A stretch of DNA of 64,000 nt from Bacteroidota bacterium (GCA_041191405.1 JBEEOW010000011.1:13394-77393), one strand, 5' to 3'; shown: positions 8,604 through 18,173, counted from the stretch's first letter. Translations and numbers: made by a program. The notes: a model not told the origin generated them from the letters alone.

Positions 8604-8912
8604 TATATTTAATATTTTTCTATCGCAAATTTAATTAAAGAAATTGGAATAAATTATTAAAAATGAAAAAGTAAGATTGTAATTGTAAAAATTTGAAAAG
8701 TTAGTTTTTTTTAATTTTTCATGAAAAATTAAAAAAATCAGAAAAAAGTAAAAAATGAATGATTTTTTGAAAAAAATGTGTCATGAACATTTTTTATGAA
8801 CAAAAAACTTTAAAAAATCGTTTAAATTATTGATAATTAAATATATAAATATAAATATGAACAAAATACACTGAGTACTTGTTAAATAACTCCTACAGTA
8901 ATTCAATATTTA

Positions 8913-9212
8913 AAATTTGTATAATCTATCTTTAAAATCTACTTATTAAGAAAAATCAATTTATTTCTATCTGAATTTACATTCATTTCTATATGAGTTA
9001 CTGAACCAAATTCAATTGAAATTCTAAATGTATTTTTAAGCGGTAAATTTAAAATATGACATAAATTTGTATAATCTATCTTTAAAATCTACTTATTAAG
9101 AAAAATCAATTTATTTCTATCTGAATTTACATTCATTTCTATATGAGTTACTGAACCAAATTCAATTGAAATTCTAAATGCATTTTTAAGCGGTAAATTT
9201 AAAATATGACAT
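8913..9212. repeat. 150-bp tandem duplication containing the 3' end of cobC
   Basis: 8913-9062 equals 9063-9212 except T9031/C9181. Confidence 0.95.
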
Positions 9213-9661
9213 AAAAAACTTCGAATTACTCCTGCATGAGTAATAATCACAACCTTGAGTTTACCTGTATTTTTCAATAATTTTTCTTTAATAAACAATT
9301 GTACCCTTGCATGTAATTCAGTAAAACTCTCACCTTTGGGTGGACTTTGATTTACAAAATCATTCATCCAAATAGTAAGTTCTTGTTCAGGAATATTATT
9401 CCATGCTTTATTTTCCCAATCTCCAAAGTTTAGTTCTTGTAAATAGCTATCAATAATATATTTATTAGGAGAAAAAAATTCTGCTAATTTAATACATCTT
9501 ATTAAAGGACTTGTATAAACTAAATAATCTTCATCTGGAAATTTCGACTTAATTTTATTGAATTGATTTACAAATGGCGACTTAATGTCAAGGTTTGTTT
9601 GGCCGTAACAAATACCTTTCTCTGCAACAGTTTCAGTGTGTCTAACTAAATAAATTTCCAT
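9089..9661 (-). CDS. cobC: Alpha-ribazole phosphatase (histidine phosphatase family)
   Basis: IYLVRHTET, ELNFGDWE, ITHAGVIR motifs; located in the cob operon. Confidence 0.88.
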   Translation of the reverse strand: MEIYLVRHTETVAEKGICYGQTNLDIKSPFVNQFNKIKSKFPDEDYLVYTSPLIRCIKLAEFFSPNKYIIDSYLQELNFGDWENKAWNNIPEQELTIWMNDFVNQSPPKGESFTELHARVQLFIKEKLLKNTGKLKVVIITHAGVIRSFLCHILNLPLKNAFRISIEFGSVTHIEMNVNSDRNKLIFLNK

Positions 9662-10434
9662 ATAACTAAAAAAGATAAAATTGTAATCAATTCTGCAAAC
9701 TGCTCAACTGCACCTAGGCAATCTCCTGTGTAACCACCTAACCATTTATAAAAATAATTAGCTGAATATAAGCGTAATAAAAGTAAAGGTATTAAAGTAA
9801 AAATAAATTGCCATTGAAAGTACGATAAAAGTAAAATCGGAATTAAACCGAAAATAAATGAACCAAATACTTCTTTTATTGAATGTGATTTTGCTATTGG
9901 TTTTGCTTTAGAAGTTTCATCTTCACGAGCATATTGTTCGGTAAATACAATTGAAACAGCAATAAACCTTGCAATTGCATGATAGCTTATAAAAATAAGG
10001 TAAATTATAAATAATGAATGATTATTTAAAGCTGATAATAAAGAACTTAATGTATAGAATTTTAATGAAAATGAAAAAATTAAAGCAATTAAACCATAAG
10101 CTCCTACTCTACTATCTTTCATTATGGTAAGTATTTTTTCTTTTGTCCAACCACCTCCAAAACCATCGAAAACGTCAGCCAATCCATCTTCATGGAAAGC
10201 ACCTGTAGTTAATACTCCTGCTAAAATTGAAAATATAACAGCTAATATTGTATCAAATATAAAGCTTGACAGATAATAAACTATGAATGAAATACTTCCA
10301 ACTATCCAACCGATTAATGGAAAATACCTTGTAGCTTTGTTTATATAATCCGGAGAATGATCAACAAAACTTGGACACGGTATTCGAGTATAGAACATTA
10401 AAGCTGTAAAAAATATTTTAATTTCGTTTTTCAT
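9646..10434 (-). CDS. cobS: Adenosylcobinamide-GDP ribazoletransferase (cobalamin synthase)
   Basis: FYTRIP, TGAFHEDGLADVFDGFGGG, IMKDSRVGAYG, GGYTGDCLGA. Confidence 0.95.
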   Translation of the reverse strand: MKNEIKIFFTALMFYTRIPCPSFVDHSPDYINKATRYFPLIGWIVGSISFIVYYLSSFIFDTILAVIFSILAGVLTTGAFHEDGLADVFDGFGGGWTKEKILTIMKDSRVGAYGLIALIFSFSLKFYTLSSLLSALNNHSLFIIYLIFISYHAIARFIAVSIVFTEQYAREDETSKAKPIAKSHSIKEVFGSFIFGLIPILLLSYFQWQFIFTLIPLLLLRLYSANYFYKWLGGYTGDCLGAVEQFAELITILSFLVIWKFI

Positions 10435-11453
10435 GATTTTTCTTTATTTGATACCGAAGCTGATTCAAAACTTGCCATATTATTCATAAAATCGCAAGCA
10501 CTTTTAACCAATGGGTAAGCCAAAGCACAAGCCGAACCTTCACCTAAACGCATATTTAAATTTAATATAGGTTTTGTATTTAAATACTGAAGTAACAAGG
10601 CATGTCCTCCTTCGTGAGATTGATGACAAAAAATGGCATTATCAATTACTTTAGGATTTAATTTATAAGCTACTAAAAATGAAACTGTTGAAATAAATCC
10701 ATCAACTAAAATCAGTAAATTATTATCGTAACTTTCTTGTATGGCTGCTACAATAGTTGCTATTTCAAAACCTCCAAATGTTTGTAAAACATCTAAAATA
10801 TTATGTTTATCAATGTTTTTATGGAAGTTCAAAGCTTGTGTTAAAATGGATTGTTTTTGTAAATATTGAGCATCATTTAAACCAGAGCCTCTACCAATAC
10901 AGTTTTTTAATGGAATATCAGTTAAACAATGCATTAGCATAGCTGCTGACGAAGTATTACCAATGCCCATTTCACCAAACCCAATAATATTAGTATTATT
11001 AGATGCTAAATGATTTTTTACAACTCCCCTCCCATTTTCAAAACATTGTACTAATTCATTAATTGTCAAAGCCTTTTGATTTAAAAAATTTATTGTTCCG
11101 TAATTTACCTTGCAGGAAATTAATTGTTCAATATTTTCAAAATCTTTATTTACTCCAGTATCAACAATTTTAACTTTAATTTGATGTTGATTTGCAAAAA
11201 CATTTATTGCTGCACCTCCATTTAAAAAATTTAGTACCATTTGCCAAGTAACATCCTGAGGATAAGCACTCACGCCTTCATTGGCAATACCATGGTCGGC
11301 AGCAAATACTACTATTAAAGGCTCAATTAATTGAGGACTTAATGTATTTTGTACTCTACAAATTTGCAAAGCCAATGATTCTAAATCTCCTAAAGCACCT
11401 AGTGGTTTGGTTTTAAAATCAATTTTATGTTGAATTTCGGCTATACTAATCAT
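10431..11453 (-). CDS. cobT: Nicotinate-nucleotide-dimethylbenzimidazole phosphoribosyltransferase
   Basis: KTKPLGALGDLE, FAADHGIANEGVSAYPQDVT, GEMGIGNTS, MRLGEGSA. Confidence 0.95.
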   Translation of the reverse strand: MISIAEIQHKIDFKTKPLGALGDLESLALQICRVQNTLSPQLIEPLIVVFAADHGIANEGVSAYPQDVTWQMVLNFLNGGAAINVFANQHQIKVKIVDTGVNKDFENIEQLISCKVNYGTINFLNQKALTINELVQCFENGRGVVKNHLASNNTNIIGFGEMGIGNTSSAAMLMHCLTDIPLKNCIGRGSGLNDAQYLQKQSILTQALNFHKNIDKHNILDVLQTFGGFEIATIVAAIQESYDNNLLILVDGFISTVSFLVAYKLNPKVIDNAIFCHQSHEGGHALLLQYLNTKPILNLNMRLGEGSACALAYPLVKSACDFMNNMASFESASVSNKEKS

Positions 11454-11459
11454 TATAAA

Positions 11460-12179
11460 TTATTTAGGTAATAAATCACAAAAGTAAAAACCCATATTTT
11501 TTGAATCTGTGGTACAAACATCATTTTCAGATTCTTTGGGTTTGTTGTATTCTCTATATACAATTTCGCCTTTTTCAAAAAGAATTGGAGTTTTAAAAAT
11601 AGGTCCGTCAAACACAAATGAATGATATTCACCATTTTCTCCGCAAACATCTACATTTTCTGGTAAATCATTTACAAATGATTCATCAATGATTCTACCA
11701 CAGAATGATTGATCAAGGAATTGTCCGTTTACACAAACAATTATTGCCTTAAAACCCAGAGAAATAAACTCTTGCATCAATGTTTTAGTTGAAATACCCC
11801 AAAGAGGGAAATGAGCTGTAATTCCTGTTTGGGACAATTTATCTTCTCTGTATTTCCTTAAATCTTCTAAAAAAATATCCCCAAAAAAGGTATCATTTAT
11901 TCCTTCATTTTTAAATGAAAGTACTTGATTGGTAAGAATTTGTTCATATTCCTCCATCGATGGTTGCTCAGGTAATTCGATGGTTTTTAGTGGAATACCA
12001 ATTGAATTCGCTTGTAAACGTAACAATTCACTACGAACTCCATGCATTGAAATTCTATCGAATTGCTTGTTTACACTTGTTAACAAATGAGTTATTTGAA
12101 AATCATCATTTTGTAATACTTTATATAAAGCCAAAGACGAATCTTTGCCACCACTCCAATTCATGTATGCTTTTTTCAT
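11460..12179 (-). CDS. Diphthine-ammonia ligase-like ATP pyrophosphatase (DUF71)
   Basis: PP-loop WSGGKDSSLAL; GDIFLEDLRKYRE; CGENGEYHSFVFDGPIF. Confidence 0.88.
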   Translation of the reverse strand: MKKAYMNWSGGKDSSLALYKVLQNDDFQITHLLTSVNKQFDRISMHGVRSELLRLQANSIGIPLKTIELPEQPSMEEYEQILTNQVLSFKNEGINDTFFGDIFLEDLRKYREDKLSQTGITAHFPLWGISTKTLMQEFISLGFKAIIVCVNGQFLDQSFCGRIIDESFVNDLPENVDVCGENGEYHSFVFDGPIFKTPILFEKGEIVYREYNKPKESENDVCTTDSKNMGFYFCDLLPK

Positions 12180-12181
12180 TA

Positions 12182-12685
12182 TTATTTCAATTCCATAGCC
12201 AAACCCGAAACCATAAAAATAGCTTTATCTGCTTTTTGAGCTATATATTGATTCACCCAACCTTGTAATTCAACAAATTTTCGTCCGATTTCGGCTTCAG
12301 CATGTACCCCCATTCCTATTTCATTTGATATAATTATGTAAGTTGAATTTTGAGTATCTAAACTATCAATTACATTTTTTGCTTCGTTTAATGACTCTGT
12401 TACATTACATTTAGAATCCGTATAAAAATTTGTTAACCAAAGTGTTACGCAATCAATTACTGCTACTTTACTTTTCAAATCAATTAAATGTAAGTTTTTT
12501 TCTTCTTCAATATTTACCCAAGTTGAATCCCTTTCAGATTGATGCCTAACAATTCTTTTCTCAAAATCTGCATCCCAATGGCGTGCTGTTGCAACATAAA
12601 CTGGATTATCACTTAATTTTTTAGCTAATTCTTGAGCATGTCTACTTTTTCCAGACCTTTCACCACCGGTTATATAATATATCAT
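12182..12685 (-). CDS. cobU: Adenosylcobinamide kinase/adenosylcobinamide-phosphate guanylyltransferase
   Basis: ITGGERSGKS, RIVRHQSER, IDCVTLWLTN, SNEIGMGV. Confidence 0.93.
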   Translation of the reverse strand: MIYYITGGERSGKSRHAQELAKKLSDNPVYVATARHWDADFEKRIVRHQSERDSTWVNIEEEKNLHLIDLKSKVAVIDCVTLWLTNFYTDSKCNVTESLNEAKNVIDSLDTQNSTYIIISNEIGMGVHAEAEIGRKFVELQGWVNQYIAQKADKAIFMVSGLAMELK

Positions 12686-13075
12686 CTAGTTTGATTTATT
12701 TAAATTTGATTTGTTATGAATTTTATATGGGCAATGCCTGCAACCATTATTACAACAATACCCTCGTTTTAAATGATACCATTCGGTAAATACCCAAAAT
12801 CCATTTTCGATGTAATAATCAAGTTCAGGAATCAATGAACTTTGCGAAGCTAATTTATTGGCTATGTTATACTTAATACCTTTTTGTTTTATTTGTTTAA
12901 CATATTCTTCCACTTTTATGAGTGATGCTTTATGTAAACATGTTGGGCATAAACAATCATTTGTAGCCGATAACTCAAATATTGGAGGATATTGATTACA
13001 CCAACAACTTGATGATAAAGTGTCACCACAATTAAAATCGACTTCACAATTTGAACATTGTTTGGTTTTAGACAT
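12686..13075 (-). CDS. Cysteine-rich CWC plus DUF5522-type protein
   Basis: CSNC...CWC...CLCPTC at the N-terminus; YHLKRGYCCNNGCRHCPY at the C-terminus. Confidence 0.8.
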   Translation of the reverse strand: MSKTKQCSNCEVDFNCGDTLSSSCWCNQYPPIFELSATNDCLCPTCLHKASLIKVEEYVKQIKQKGIKYNIANKLASQSSLIPELDYYIENGFWVFTEWYHLKRGYCCNNGCRHCPYKIHNKSNLNKSN

Positions 13076-13090
13076 TGAAGTATTCAGTTT

Positions 13091-14038
13091 TTAGTTCTCA
13101 GTGATCAGTTTATCTACAGTTACTTTTGACTGATAACTGATTACAGATGACTGATTACTAATTTTAAACAAATCAGGGTGAAATAAGGCAGCTAATACCT
13201 CAACTCCATCTACCAAAGTTGATGCAGAAGGTTGAGTAAACATATCAAAATCAGCGATATGAACCTGATTATTTTGAACAGCTTGTAATGAATTCCATTC
13301 AGGTTTATTCCTCAATAAATGTAATTCTTGTAATGCTCTTTCAGGGTGAAAACCACAGGGAGCAATTACTAAAACTTCGGGATTGTATTTAACCACTTTT
13401 TCCCAAGGTGTAACAATGCTATCTCCACCAGGGTTCGACAACATATCAACTCCTCCTGCATACGCAATTTGAAATGGAATCCAATGTCCACAATTGTAAA
13501 TTGGCTCAATCCATTCCATTAACATTACACGTTTTAAGGGTGCTTTGTTTGCTCTTAATGTATCTACAATATGGTCTAATCTTGCTTGTAATTTAGCTAG
13601 ATAAATAAATGCAAGTTCTTCTTTACCAACAGCTTTCGCAATAGTAATAGCACATTTAAATACATCTTGCAAATTATCAGGGCTTAGCGATATAACCTGT
13701 GGTTGTTTTGGTAATTTTGCTACAGCAGTTGCTGTACATGCAGTATCTATCTGGCAAACTTCACAAGTATCTTGAGTAAAAATAATATCAGGTGCTATAT
13801 TATGAAGTATTTCTTCATCAACATAATATAAACTTTTACCTTCGGCTTTACTAGCACTGAAAATTGTATCAATCTCTTTGCTTGTTAGGGTTTTACCTTC
13901 CAAAATGCACCTAACAACTTTCTGTTTTTCTGCCAAAGCAATTGCTGGACATTCAAATGTTACTCCATATAACATATCAGCCAAACCCATGTCATATATC
14001 ATTTGGGTGGCAGCAGGAAGAAATGAACAAATTTTCAT
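13091..14038 (-). CDS. Cobalamin-binding (BtuF-like) substrate-binding-fold protein lacking a signal peptide
   Basis: KICSFLPAATQMIYDMG, PDIIFTQ, IAYAGG, WEKVVKYNPEVLVIAPCG, AVQNNQVHI. Confidence 0.8.
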   Translation of the reverse strand: MKICSFLPAATQMIYDMGLADMLYGVTFECPAIALAEKQKVVRCILEGKTLTSKEIDTIFSASKAEGKSLYYVDEEILHNIAPDIIFTQDTCEVCQIDTACTATAVAKLPKQPQVISLSPDNLQDVFKCAITIAKAVGKEELAFIYLAKLQARLDHIVDTLRANKAPLKRVMLMEWIEPIYNCGHWIPFQIAYAGGVDMLSNPGGDSIVTPWEKVVKYNPEVLVIAPCGFHPERALQELHLLRNKPEWNSLQAVQNNQVHIADFDMFTQPSASTLVDGVEVLAALFHPDLFKISNQSSVISYQSKVTVDKLITEN

Positions 14039-14088
14039 TTACAGTGAATTATGTAAGATGTGAAAGGTAAAATGTGTGATGTTTATTG

Positions 14089-14114
14089 TAGAGACGTGAC
14101 ATGTCACGTCTCTA
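14089..14114. repeat. Perfect 26-bp palindrome, GTAG-type REP-like
   Basis: (g)tagagacgtgacatgtcacgtctcta in the intergenic space. Confidence 0.7.
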
Positions 14115-14127
14115 TCATAATAATTCT

Positions 14128-14703
14128 TTATAATGACGTTTGCGACTCTAAAATTGGTAATCTTCTTTTAACCAATTCATAAACTCCAAACATAATTGCA
14201 GAATAAAACAATGTTCCCATTAAAAACTTTAACATATATGGAATTGCCATGGTGTAACACAAAACAAATCCATTTAAATCTCTGGTATATAACCCATTAC
14301 AACCACCCAACCAAACACCAAAGTCAGTTATAATCCAATGTGTTAAAGCCGCTATGCAAGAAGCTAATACAATACTAACTACACTTACATGTTTTACTAC
14401 ATAATTTCCAATTAATACTATGATGGCAAAAGTACCATACACCCAATACCAACCTTCGTAAAGAGGGAAACCATATTTACCTTGATATACAACTCCTTGA
14501 ATCACTAAATCACTTAAAAACAAAGTAATTAAAGGTGTTAAATATGCTTTCCATTTATCAGTAAAATAGGCACCACCGAAAATACACATTGCTCCAAGTG
14601 GTGTAAAATTATCGATGTGAACTACCAAGCGACTAAAACCTGCTATTACAACCATTGCAGCTAAAACTACAAATTGGATGTTTATTTTTTTTATTTTTTG
14701 CAT
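14128..14703 (-). CDS. DUF6580-type putative membrane transporter
   Basis: SRLVVHIDNFTPLGAMCIFGGAYF, ITDFGVWL, CYTMAIPY; several TM helices. Confidence 0.75.
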   Translation of the reverse strand: MQKIKKINIQFVVLAAMVVIAGFSRLVVHIDNFTPLGAMCIFGGAYFTDKWKAYLTPLITLFLSDLVIQGVVYQGKYGFPLYEGWYWVYGTFAIIVLIGNYVVKHVSVVSIVLASCIAALTHWIITDFGVWLGGCNGLYTRDLNGFVLCYTMAIPYMLKFLMGTLFYSAIMFGVYELVKRRLPILESQTSL

Positions 14704-14851
14704 TTTGAAAGAGATTTATGAAGTGAAATGTAATTTTAAAATGTTAATTGTGAAAGGTGAAATGAAAGTTGTAAAATGTAAAAATGAAATGAAATATTTT
14801 TTTTAATATCTTACATTTAACATTTTACTTCTCACATCTCCCCCAAACCAA

Positions 14852-15931
14852 CTACCTAAAAAAGAAACCATTAGGCGCAACTCCAACTTTTAAAGTATCA
14901 ATTACAGAACCTGAAATATTATATCTGATAACTTTTCCTGCACTTGAATAATCTCCTGCATCAGCTCCATAAATTATATCTGAAGTTGGGTCAATTCCTA
15001 AGCCATAGAAACTTTTATTTACAACCGAAACATTATCTAAAGTTGTTGAATTTACACTTTGACTATATACTTTTCCATCATAATTAAAAAATAATTTATC
15101 TTTAGACATGTTGATAGTTAAATCAGATGGCATTGAACTTGTTGAAGTAAAATCTAAAGATAATGTAACAGAGTTTGTTGAAGGATTTATTTTTACTAGT
15201 CTTCCTGATTTTTCAAGTCCTGACCAATCTGACTTATATTTACCTTTACATAAAACCCAAATATTTCCATCTTTATCTTCAACAATACTTGCAGGGTTTG
15301 CACCAACAACCAATGATTTTTCAACAGTTTCTGATGCTGTATTTATAATTGAAACTACTGAATCGCTTACATTACCTCCACTACAAGTTACATAAACATA
15401 ATTACCTTTTTGTAACATTTTTTCAGGACCATTTCCTGTTGATATTGTTTTAGTTACTGCATTTGTACTCAAATCAATTACTTTAACTTCACCAGTTGAA
15501 CCACTTCCCCATTGCGATACATAAGCTTTATTACTAGCTGTTTGTATTATATATCGAGGTTGAGTTAAACCAGATATTGTTTTAACACTTTTAAAATCAA
15601 CAGCATTAACAACTTCTATTTTATTTGCATTATTTACAACAATGTAAGTTTTACCATCAATAATATTCATTGATTGAACAATATTCCCAAGTGGTAATGC
15701 ATTATTATATTTGCCAAATAAATCATTTACTATCTCTTTAGTATTTCTATTGTAAAAACTAATTGTACCTGTACCTGAGCCATAAGGTCCTTCATTTACA
15801 ATATAAACACCTGCATAAGGAACTTGCATTGGAGGGTTTTCAACTGGTTTAGGGTCACATGAGGTGAAAATACTAGCTGCTGAAATGGATGCAATAAATA
15901 ATAATTGCTTTGTAATTGAAATCATTTTCAT
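14852..15931 (-). CDS. Surface lipoprotein beta-propeller (YncE/BtuG-like B12-binding)
   Basis: Lipobox FTSC; IVNEGPYG, YIVVNNANKIEV, PRYI propeller repeats; adjacent to btuB. Confidence 0.8.
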   Translation of the reverse strand: MKMISITKQLLFIASISAASIFTSCDPKPVENPPMQVPYAGVYIVNEGPYGSGTGTISFYNRNTKEIVNDLFGKYNNALPLGNIVQSMNIIDGKTYIVVNNANKIEVVNAVDFKSVKTISGLTQPRYIIQTASNKAYVSQWGSGSTGEVKVIDLSTNAVTKTISTGNGPEKMLQKGNYVYVTCSGGNVSDSVVSIINTASETVEKSLVVGANPASIVEDKDGNIWVLCKGKYKSDWSGLEKSGRLVKINPSTNSVTLSLDFTSTSSMPSDLTINMSKDKLFFNYDGKVYSQSVNSTTLDNVSVVNKSFYGLGIDPTSDIIYGADAGDYSSAGKVIRYNISGSVIDTLKVGVAPNGFFFR

Positions 15932-15933
15932 GG

Positions 15934-17865
15934 TTAAATTTTATTAAGTTTATTAAGATTAACTGAAAAACCGATTTGATAATTCCTCATCGGGGAAGGA
16001 TAATAAGTTATAATTTGATATGATAAATTATTTACATTATTCACTTGAATAAATGCTTTAAACAACTGATTATTAACAACAAAACTTTTACTAAAATCAA
16101 TATTAACTAGACCAAAACCTGGTAAAAAGCTTGCATTATCTGTATTCTCGTATCTAAAACCTACATAATTATAAGCAACACTGAGTCTGAATTTTTTATA
16201 CTCGAGATTCAAATTAGCTATAGATTTAAAAATTGGCGTAAACATTAACTGTTTATTGAGTGTTTCTTTCGAAGGAGATTTTACAGTTGTTGTTTTTATG
16301 TATTGAGCATGAAAATTTGCATTCAACTTAACTTTACCTAAAGTATAATACAATTTCAAATCAGACTCCACCCCTCTCGACCAAACTTCACTAATGTTAT
16401 GAGGTGACCAAACTCCTTTACTATCAGGCACCCACATAATCCAGTTTTCAACATTTGAATTAAAAAATGAAGTTTCAAAATCAATGGCAAACTTATCAAC
16501 ACATTTAATATATGCTATACCAATTTCCTCATTATAGCCTAATTCGGGTTGTAAATTTGGGCTCCCTCCTTGCCCCCAGTATAAATCATTAAAAGTTGGT
16601 AAGCGGTAGCTTTTTGAAAAGTTTGATCTAATTTTTAAATGTTTATAAATCAAAGACTCAAGCCCCCAATTATATGTAAATGGATTAACAAAATCGCTTA
16701 CAAATTCTTTTCGTACTGAAAGTGTAGATTTTAAATTAGATTTTTTATTTTTTATTTGATATGAACCAAAAACAGAAGTTTTATTTCTATTTGGGTTAAA
16801 CGTATAATTTTTAGTGATTGCAATATTATTGGTATTATTTACACCTAAATTAACAAACTGTAAATCACCTATTTTAATTTTTGATTCAATTTCAGAGATA
16901 AATGTTTTTATATTACTTATTGAACTTAATTTAATTGCTGAATCAAAATAATTTAAGTTTTCATCAAAATACCCAACTCTTGCAAAATAATCAACTTTTG
17001 AATTAATATGTTGCCATTCAGAAGTTAAGCGCAAAACGTTGTCTTTTTGATTAGCTGTTCCAATTCCAGAGGTTATACTATTTGGTATATTTCTATCATT
17101 TGTTTGATACCAAATTCTAAAATTAAGAATCTGTTTATCAGTTAATTTCAAATAATTTTCTTGTAAAATACCCTGTTGACTAATTTCTGAATTTTGAAAA
17201 TTTTCAATTGGTATTCCAACTTTAGCTGTATTTATAAAAGGAAAATTGTTTTTAGCATTGTGATTAAAAAGTTTTATGGTTGAAATATATCTTTTTTTAC
17301 TAACACCCAATCCAACATTTATTTGATTATCGCCAAAACTTCCATTTGTATAAGTTACATCAGCCAATAAACCTTTACTAAAATCAGGTTTATTCAATAA
17401 ATGAATTGTACCTCCTATTGCTCCACTACCCCACAAGGCTCCAGCTCCACCAAATTGCAATTTTACATTATTTACAAAGTTACTTGGTAAAATATTTAAA
17501 TCTTGGGTTCCATTCATGGAATTACCAATATTAAATCCATTCCATATAATGGCAGTTTGACCAGCATTCATTCCTCTAAACGAAGGACTTGCTAAGCCTG
17601 AAATGCTATAACTTTTTACAAATACTTGCGATTGATTTGCTAATAATTCGGATATAGAATTTGAAGCATTTTGAGCCAAAGTTACAGAATCTATCTCTCC
17701 AATTTTACTTCCTGTAGTAAAACCAGTTAGGCGATTAGAGGATATTACCACTTCTTTTGTACTGTAAACTGAGTCAGAACCCAATTTTTGGGCAATAACA
17801 TTGCTAACAGCAAAAAAGCATAATACACTAATTACGAATACATTAATTTTGTTGAGCATAAACAT
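15934..17865 (-). CDS. btuB: TonB-dependent receptor (BtuB-like vitamin B12 transporter)
   Basis: Signal peptide; plug motifs SFRGMNAGQTAIIWNG and GSGAIGGTIHL; YRLPTFNDLYW; first gene after the B12 riboswitch. Confidence 0.85.
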   Translation of the reverse strand: MFMLNKINVFVISVLCFFAVSNVIAQKLGSDSVYSTKEVVISSNRLTGFTTGSKIGEIDSVTLAQNASNSISELLANQSQVFVKSYSISGLASPSFRGMNAGQTAIIWNGFNIGNSMNGTQDLNILPSNFVNNVKLQFGGAGALWGSGAIGGTIHLLNKPDFSKGLLADVTYTNGSFGDNQINVGLGVSKKRYISTIKLFNHNAKNNFPFINTAKVGIPIENFQNSEISQQGILQENYLKLTDKQILNFRIWYQTNDRNIPNSITSGIGTANQKDNVLRLTSEWQHINSKVDYFARVGYFDENLNYFDSAIKLSSISNIKTFISEIESKIKIGDLQFVNLGVNNTNNIAITKNYTFNPNRNKTSVFGSYQIKNKKSNLKSTLSVRKEFVSDFVNPFTYNWGLESLIYKHLKIRSNFSKSYRLPTFNDLYWGQGGSPNLQPELGYNEEIGIAYIKCVDKFAIDFETSFFNSNVENWIMWVPDSKGVWSPHNISEVWSRGVESDLKLYYTLGKVKLNANFHAQYIKTTTVKSPSKETLNKQLMFTPIFKSIANLNLEYKKFRLSVAYNYVGFRYENTDNASFLPGFGLVNIDFSKSFVVNNQLFKAFIQVNNVNNLSYQIITYYPSPMRNYQIGFSVNLNKLNKI

Positions 17866-17983
17866 TTCCTAAAGTTTAGGTTAAGTTTAATGCCGACAAG
17901 AATTCTAATAAAACAAAGATACTTAAGATGATAAGAAATCTCCATTCCAAATAACTTTCTTCCCGAAGCATTGAATGATACAT

Positions 17984-18158
17984 TGAGGCAGGTCTCCTGA
18001 CTTACTCGTGTGCAGCCTTCCCGAAATAAATTTCAGTGGCTTGAGGTTTGCACGTTTCAACAAATGTTGAAGAGCTTACAGTTGCGGGAACAGTTCGTGA
18101 ATCTAACACGATTCCCTTTTAATTTCACAAACAAAGAATATGTTCTAGAAAACCAAAA
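17984..18158 (-). promoter_or_regulatory. Cobalamin riboswitch
   Basis: Minus strand reads AAAAGGGAATCGTGTTAGATTCACGAACTGTTCCCGCAACTGTAA...GCCACTG...GGGAAGGC...AAGTCAGGAGACCTGCC (B12 box). Confidence 0.93.
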
Positions 18159-18165
18159 TGTGATA

Positions 18166-18173
18166 CAAAGGTA
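18166..18173 (-). promoter_or_regulatory. Bacteroidota -7 promoter element
   Basis: TACCTTTG (TAnnTTTG consensus) immediately 5' of the riboswitch. Confidence 0.6.
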
